Source: Haliotis rubra
Taxonomy: Eukaryota
NCBI RefSeq assembly: GCF_003918875.1
Contig: NW_025765270.1
Coordinates: forward strand, 1 to 64,000
Direction: 5' to 3'
DNA length: 64,000 bases
A program made the position numbers and the translations under genes. Positions within the stretch are counted from its first letter, which is position 1. Each line of letters opens with the position of its first letter. This document shows positions 49,899 to 64,000 of the stretch, one piece after another. The notes beneath the pieces were generated by a model, which saw only the letters and a list, made by a program, of their open reading frames with translations, ran no database searches and had not been told where the DNA came from.

Positions 49899-50961
49899 AC
49901 TTGTTTCCCATGTTTCCACGTAACAAAGGCCTGCAGCAGCATAAAGTGAAAGCTCTGTAAAACAGATAGAAGAGTTCTTCACAGGTGAACAACGTGTATC
50001 TGCACTTTAAACAACAGTGGGCATTCTGGGGGCAAATATTGGTCAACAGTAACCTTTGCTTCTGGAGAGTGTGTTAAGATAATAAAGACAACACACTTTC
50101 TGTCGACCATACCTGGTCCAAGGGCTCACTGTCTGTACCCCTACATACAGGCATTTCAAGACAATAGATTTATCTACAAAATGAGACATAGATCATAAAA
50201 ATCGAACCGTACCTTAGGGAGCTAGGATCTTCGGAATGTCTTGTTTATTGCAGTGTGTACACACGACATGCACCCAAACACGCTGAATCAAGGGCACCCG
50301 TCGGCGCTCTAATCGCCATCGTTTACAAGAGACACTGGTACCTAATTCCCTCACTGTGTTTACGCACATTTATTCATTGCAAACAGGCCTGTGTTGTGCC
50401 CGTTCTCTATTTACCACTGTTACGACGTAAATTGTAATATAAAACAACCACCTTGCCATTACCCACCCCACACTGAAAAGAGCAGCGATCTAATGGAACA
50501 TTTTCATTATAGCCAATCAGATCGTTGTTTCTTTCAGTGCGGGAAATGTCATGGCCAAGGTCGTAGAGGAATGTTGTTAAAAGCGGCGTATAGCCAACTC
50601 GCTCTGTTATATCGATGAGTAATGTACTGTACCTGTATAAATATATGTATGTACCGACTGAGCCAAGATGTGTTCATTTATGGAAGCATTTAAGACAATC
50701 TATCTTCTTTTGCCTTTGTGGAATGAGATCTTTGGCTACACTGTGTATATATGCCTACCGCGTATTTCAATACAAGATCAGTGAAGATCTGATGATTGTT
50801 CATCCAAAACAGGGCGTTTTTCAGGTTTTTGAATATGTGGCGTCGGTTGGGTCTATCAAATGTTTTGAATGTTCAAATGCATAATTTCACTGAACTCTGG
50901 ATCATTGCTATAGTATACAACCACCGACTGGTCACATTCTTACCCTTTGTTTGCCTTTCAA

Positions 50962-51125
50962 TGACTGACTGAGTTTGGTTTTACGCCGCTTTAGCAATAT
51001 TCCAGCAACATCACGGCGGGGGAAACCAGAAATGGGCTTCACACATTGTACCCATGTGGGGATTCAAACCCGGGTCTTCGGCGTGACGAGCCAACGCTTT
51101 AACCACTAGGCTACCCCACCGCCCC
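50962..51125 (-). mobile_element. SINE family 1
   Basis: Full length; TSD gtttgcctttcaa. Confidence 0.85.
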
Positions 51126-51431
51126 AGTTTGCCTTTCAAGTGCAATGGGGTATGTTTGTGCAGATAATCGAGACTTCTTGTGCTTGCACTGGTAGGATTT
51201 TCTATACTGCCCTCACCAGGTTAGGTCAGCTTGTCAAATAACAGTAAGTGTGTAGTTGGTGGCTGGTCCGGAAAACAAGGGACTACCCCACTAAACATGC
51301 CTAATAATATAGGACGATACCTCTGTGAAGGACAAATAACGCTGAACAGAGGACATTTTATTATCATAGACATTACAGAGTGAAATCAGTTATGGGTATC
51401 TCAATGTTATGTACAGTCCATCTGTGGGCGA

Positions 51432-60091
<8,660 letters not shown>

Positions 60092-60389
60092 GGTCTGATC
60101 ACACGGGTAATGGGTGGTTAAGGAAGACGTTCTACAATTCTAGATTTATGTTCGTTTGTGTAATTTGTGGTGTGCAGAGTTGCGTCCCTTGTGAGTGCCA
60201 GAAACCTATGATCAAGGCTTCTCATCCCACTGATACACGACGGGATAGTTGTCCACGTCGCCGCAATTTCCTGAGTTGCGTTCAGAAATGTTGGATCGCC
60301 GTTTATAACCCCGCACCCAGATTATAGGTCTAGGTTTGTCGACACCGTACCCGCTCTCATTGGTGTCACTGAAGTGGCAAATATCTGAG

Positions 60390-60636
60390 TGAGTGAGTGA
60401 GTTTAGTTTTACGCCGCACTCAGCAATATTCCAGCTATATGGCGACGGTCTGTAAATAATCGAGTCTGGACCAGACAATCCAGTCATCAACAGCATGAGC
60501 ATCGATCTACGCCATTGGGATACGATGACAAGTGTCAACCAAGTCAGCAAACCAGACCACCCGATCCCGTTAGTCGCCTCTTACGACAAGCATGGATTAC
60601 TGAAGATCAATTCTAACCCGGATCTTCACGGGTCGA
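60390..60636 (-). mobile_element. Short retroposon family 2 (no tRNA head; shares its 3' tail with family 1), full length
   Basis: Starts gacccgtgaagatccgggttag and ends gctggaatattgctgagtgcggcgtaaaac(tcac)n. 12-bp TSD caaatatctgag. Confidence 0.85.
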
Positions 60637-61765
60637 CAAATATCTGAGACCATCATCACTGCGACAATGTCCCTTCTAGTATTCCATGCTTCCGGCCTTA
60701 CTCCCCTGCTGACACGTCGTGATACAACAGAATACGGTAACAGCTCAAAACGGCGTTCAACCCAACTCGCCCGGTCTATACCGCATTCCGTAACTGTGAA
60801 GACATACCATAGCAATCTAACACGAACATCTATTCAAGAAATGACAATGTCAACAGAAATTACCTTATTTTTATCAAAATGTACTACACTTGTCACTGAG
60901 TCTCATAACATACCTTTATGTGTGGCCTGCTATCAGTAAATATAACTGCCAGTCATGGTGTTCCAGATCTTGTCGTGACTGGAACATGGGAGTGTCAAGG
61001 TCGCGCCTTTAACATTCATCAGTGTTCTCTGGTAGACATCATGGTATAATCATGTTCGCCTGGAGTCGGTTCATAATTAGATAAAACGCTTTAGACATAC
61101 ATGATCTAATAACAAGACGACTATTAATACACAATGCCATTTAGAAAGTGGCCAAATGTAGCATATGTTATATAGGGGATTACACTTTCTTAGTTAAGTA
61201 CAGATTCTAGTACTTTTGTTGCTACTGCTGAACGCGATGGCTGAGGGGTTAGATGGCTGACCTTGTGTGCTGGCGATTGAGGTGCGTGGCTCTGATTGAC
61301 TCGTCCCTACAAAAGTACTACAATATGTACTTTTACTAAGAAAGTGAAAGCCCAAATATAACATATGGTAAAAATGACTATTTTTAAGTAGTTATACCAC
61401 ACTTTCTCAGAAGAAGGTAGCGAATACAGTATTCTTTCACATTACTTCAGTCTATATTGTTTAACAAATTAAAACATTTTATCAAGGCAATGTAACTGAC
61501 AGTTGAGGCAGAAGCTTTGACAACAAACAGCTTTGTAGATTTCAATGATTATTTTCGAAGCTTTCCTTATATTAATCAAGTTCCATCTGTGGCAGTATAG
61601 TATTTATATTTTCAATATGGTACACCACTGTCCGGCATGACAAACTCAGGTCAAAGGGTCAAGACTGGTTTGCTAGGGTGTGCCTTGTGCAGCAGGTAGG
61701 AGGCAAAGGACAACAATTTCTCTCCTTCATTCACGGGGCTTTTGTTACTGAATATGGTGACCATA

Positions 61766-62632
61766 CAGTACAACCAGAAATTATTGAGAATTTAAAGATT
61801 GTAAAAAAAAATATATTTTCACTAATTACTCACGTATTAAATGTGAATATAAGCAGAACTTAACTCCAGATTCAAAGACAAGTGAACAGTTAGTATTTTG
61901 TAAAGTCACCATGGGCAGCAATGCAGGCTTCAATGTGGCGGGGCATACTACTGATCAAAGAAGTTAGAAAGTCGTGTCCATGCTGTCCCAATATCGGACC
62001 ACCTCTTCTTTCATTTCAGCAATATTTGTCAGATTTTTCTTATTGACACTTTCCTTCATAAGTCCCCAAACATTTTCTATTGGATTTAGGTCAGGGCTAT
62101 AGCTTGGCCAATCTAATAATGTCATATTTTGGGTCCGAAACCAGGCCTGTGAATGCTTTGAACAATGTTTTGGGTCGTTGTCCTGAATACCTGTGTACCG
62201 CTCACTGGAAAATCCAGAAAATGTCCATAGAACACGTGAGCAGATGGAAGTAAATGTCCCTCGAGAATATCTGTGTACCGCTCACTGTTCATATTCCCAG
62301 TTAAATACACAGAGGGCATTGCCCCTAACACAGATATGTTCTTACAGACAGCCACAGTTTCTTCCAGAAATCACCTTTAGCTGATCTGATGTCCTGATGT
62401 CCTTGTTATAATACTCTAAAATCAACTTCCTCTTCTCTAAATCATCCATACTGAGGATCACTGAAAATGGGGGATAACAAAGGGGGATAACTCTTCACAA
62501 ACTAATGAAAAAGGATTCACGGAGTTGTCTCTCTTGAATGAAACCAAGCACTTGATAGCTGGTCAAGGTTGTTTATACTAGAAATCCAATTAAACATATT
62601 CCTAAAATTCTCAATAATTTCTGGTCATACTA
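61766..62632 (-). mobile_element. Internally deleted, decayed Tc1-family element
   Basis: TIRs (cagtacaaccagaaattattgagaattt / aaattctcaataatttctggtcatacta) flanked by TA. The minus strand encodes LLDWPSYSPDLNPIENVWGLMKE (~62045-62120) and GNMNSERYTDILEGHLLP. Confidence 0.85.
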
Positions 62633-63270
62633 TATATCAAGATTTCCAGGTTCGGGATATTGTGTCTGAATTGAAAGTAATAATTTGGTGAAGTTTAATG
62701 AGAAAACAACAGGTGAAATGCTTAACCTTCGCAGGTATGACTTCCATTTGAGAGTTTAGGCTCAGGACATTCCGAGATGGGCACCAATTGTGCTCTCCTT
62801 TCTTCTGATCTGTGTCTTTATGCATGTGTTTCGGAATCTAAACAAGAAATTTCACCCAAACCTAGATTCATCACTCTTTCGAAGTGCTTCATAATAACGT
62901 ACTCATGCTAAAGTCGGAATGGGACAGTCTGCAAAGCTGTCTTATAATTATGCCAAAGCTATATTCACTCACCCACTCTTGTGATTATGAAAATGTTTAT
63001 ATCATTTTTAATGCACAAAGTTACATTCACGGAGGAAGATATAAGGAGTTCCTACCATGGACAAGTGGAAGTGATTCATTTAAACAGCTCCATACAGCGG
63101 TAAAAAACAATCTTCTGATATATCTGCTCATGATTTCTAGAGAAACGTTTAGTGTGTTGATGTGTATATTTAATGTACCTCATCTCTCGCAGTGGACACA
63201 GGTCAAGAACTGCTGACCAACAGTACTACCGGTTGATATTTCCGATTATTGCACCACTTGTAAGATATGA

Positions 63271-63440
63271 CTGACTGACTGACTGAGTTTGGTTTTACGC
63301 CGCTTTTAGCAATATTCCAGCAACATCACGGCGGGGGACACCAGAAATGGGCTTCACACATTGTACCCATGTGGGGATTCGAACCCGGGTCTTCGGCGTG
63401 ACGAGCCAACGCTTTAACCACTAGGCTACCCCACCGCCCC
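63271..63440 (-). mobile_element. SINE family 1
   Basis: Full length; TSD tgtaagatatga. Older or partial copies also lie at ~5180-5330, 8913-9066, 13030-13180, 29350-29500, 36592-36745, 43968-44050 and 54890-54970. Confidence 0.88.
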
Positions 63441-64000
63441 TGTAAGATATGAATATGCTGGAGGAGAAAGTGACAGAAGCAGCAGCACGTTGCAAGTAGT
63501 TAGTAACACGTGTCAGCTCCTGCTTTATATAAATTACAAACACTCATCTTTGCCATATAAATTGAAACTGAAAATAATAATCAGTAGAATGTTTAACGAT
63601 ACAAGCAATGTTTCCCATCTCTTGACGTGGTAAGACAAGAAATTTGAATAATTATTCTAACCACGGCATTTGGTGAGATAACAACGTATTTGACAACTGC
63701 TATTACATATAATCACTATAGAGTTCAGGGTTTTATGGTTGGTCTGGTGTATATATAAATTGTCAGTGTAAATGAATACCTAACCTGGACTATCGTCATA
63801 AATAAGCTGTGAAGATGAATATGGACAATGATGACACCATATCACATGTCTCGTCCGAACTTAAATCAAACGATTTCACTGCATACGCTAAAAAGTTCAA
63901 AGGAAACAATCAAGCGCATACACACATACACGCACACACGCGCACACACACGCACGCACGCACATACACGCTCCTAAAACGAAACATAACTTGTAACTGT

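Noticed and set aside
63520-63535. Minus-strand TATATAAA as the gene C promoter
   Set aside because: It is 3.4 kb from the ATG in AT-rich DNA and no linking exon was identified.

Overview
This is AT-rich, intron-containing animal DNA, inferred to be a mollusc and probably an abalone-like gastropod (from the CBM2+GH9 architecture and repeat content; not proven). The window is a cluster of endogenous GH9 endo-beta-1,4-glucanase (cellulase) genes that share intron positions. Gene A (+, 20212-31155; 11 coding exons, 568 aa; signal + CBM2-like + GH9) is intact. Gene C (-, 51432-60091; 11 coding exons, 581 aa) has an open frame, but DAGD has become DAGG at the catalytic-base motif and one intron is GC-AG. 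Gene B (-, 34927-46117) has two CBM2-like modules, a Thr-rich linker and an 18-nt micro-exon; as assembled it carries a 1-nt frameshift and lacks GH9 exon 7. Positions 2021-9392 are a second, damaged copy of the tail-to-tail 3' halves of A and B (segmental duplicate or haplotig), and B's last exons recur three times at 32-35.7 kb. Mobile DNA includes an intact DD34E Tc1 element, a deleted Tc1, decayed LINEs, Penelope-like remnants with minimal hammerhead motifs, MITEs and two SINE-like families with a shared tail. The most unusual signals are: minisatellites built from gene A's own exon-end/5' splice sites at three consecutive introns; the catalytic-site changes in gene C; a promoter-less short retroposon whose 5' end folds into a kissing-loop multi-stem structure; and sense-oriented intronic hammerhead motifs. 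There are three N-gaps (14910-15233, 47429-47558, 57950-58101). All exon calls were made by eye.
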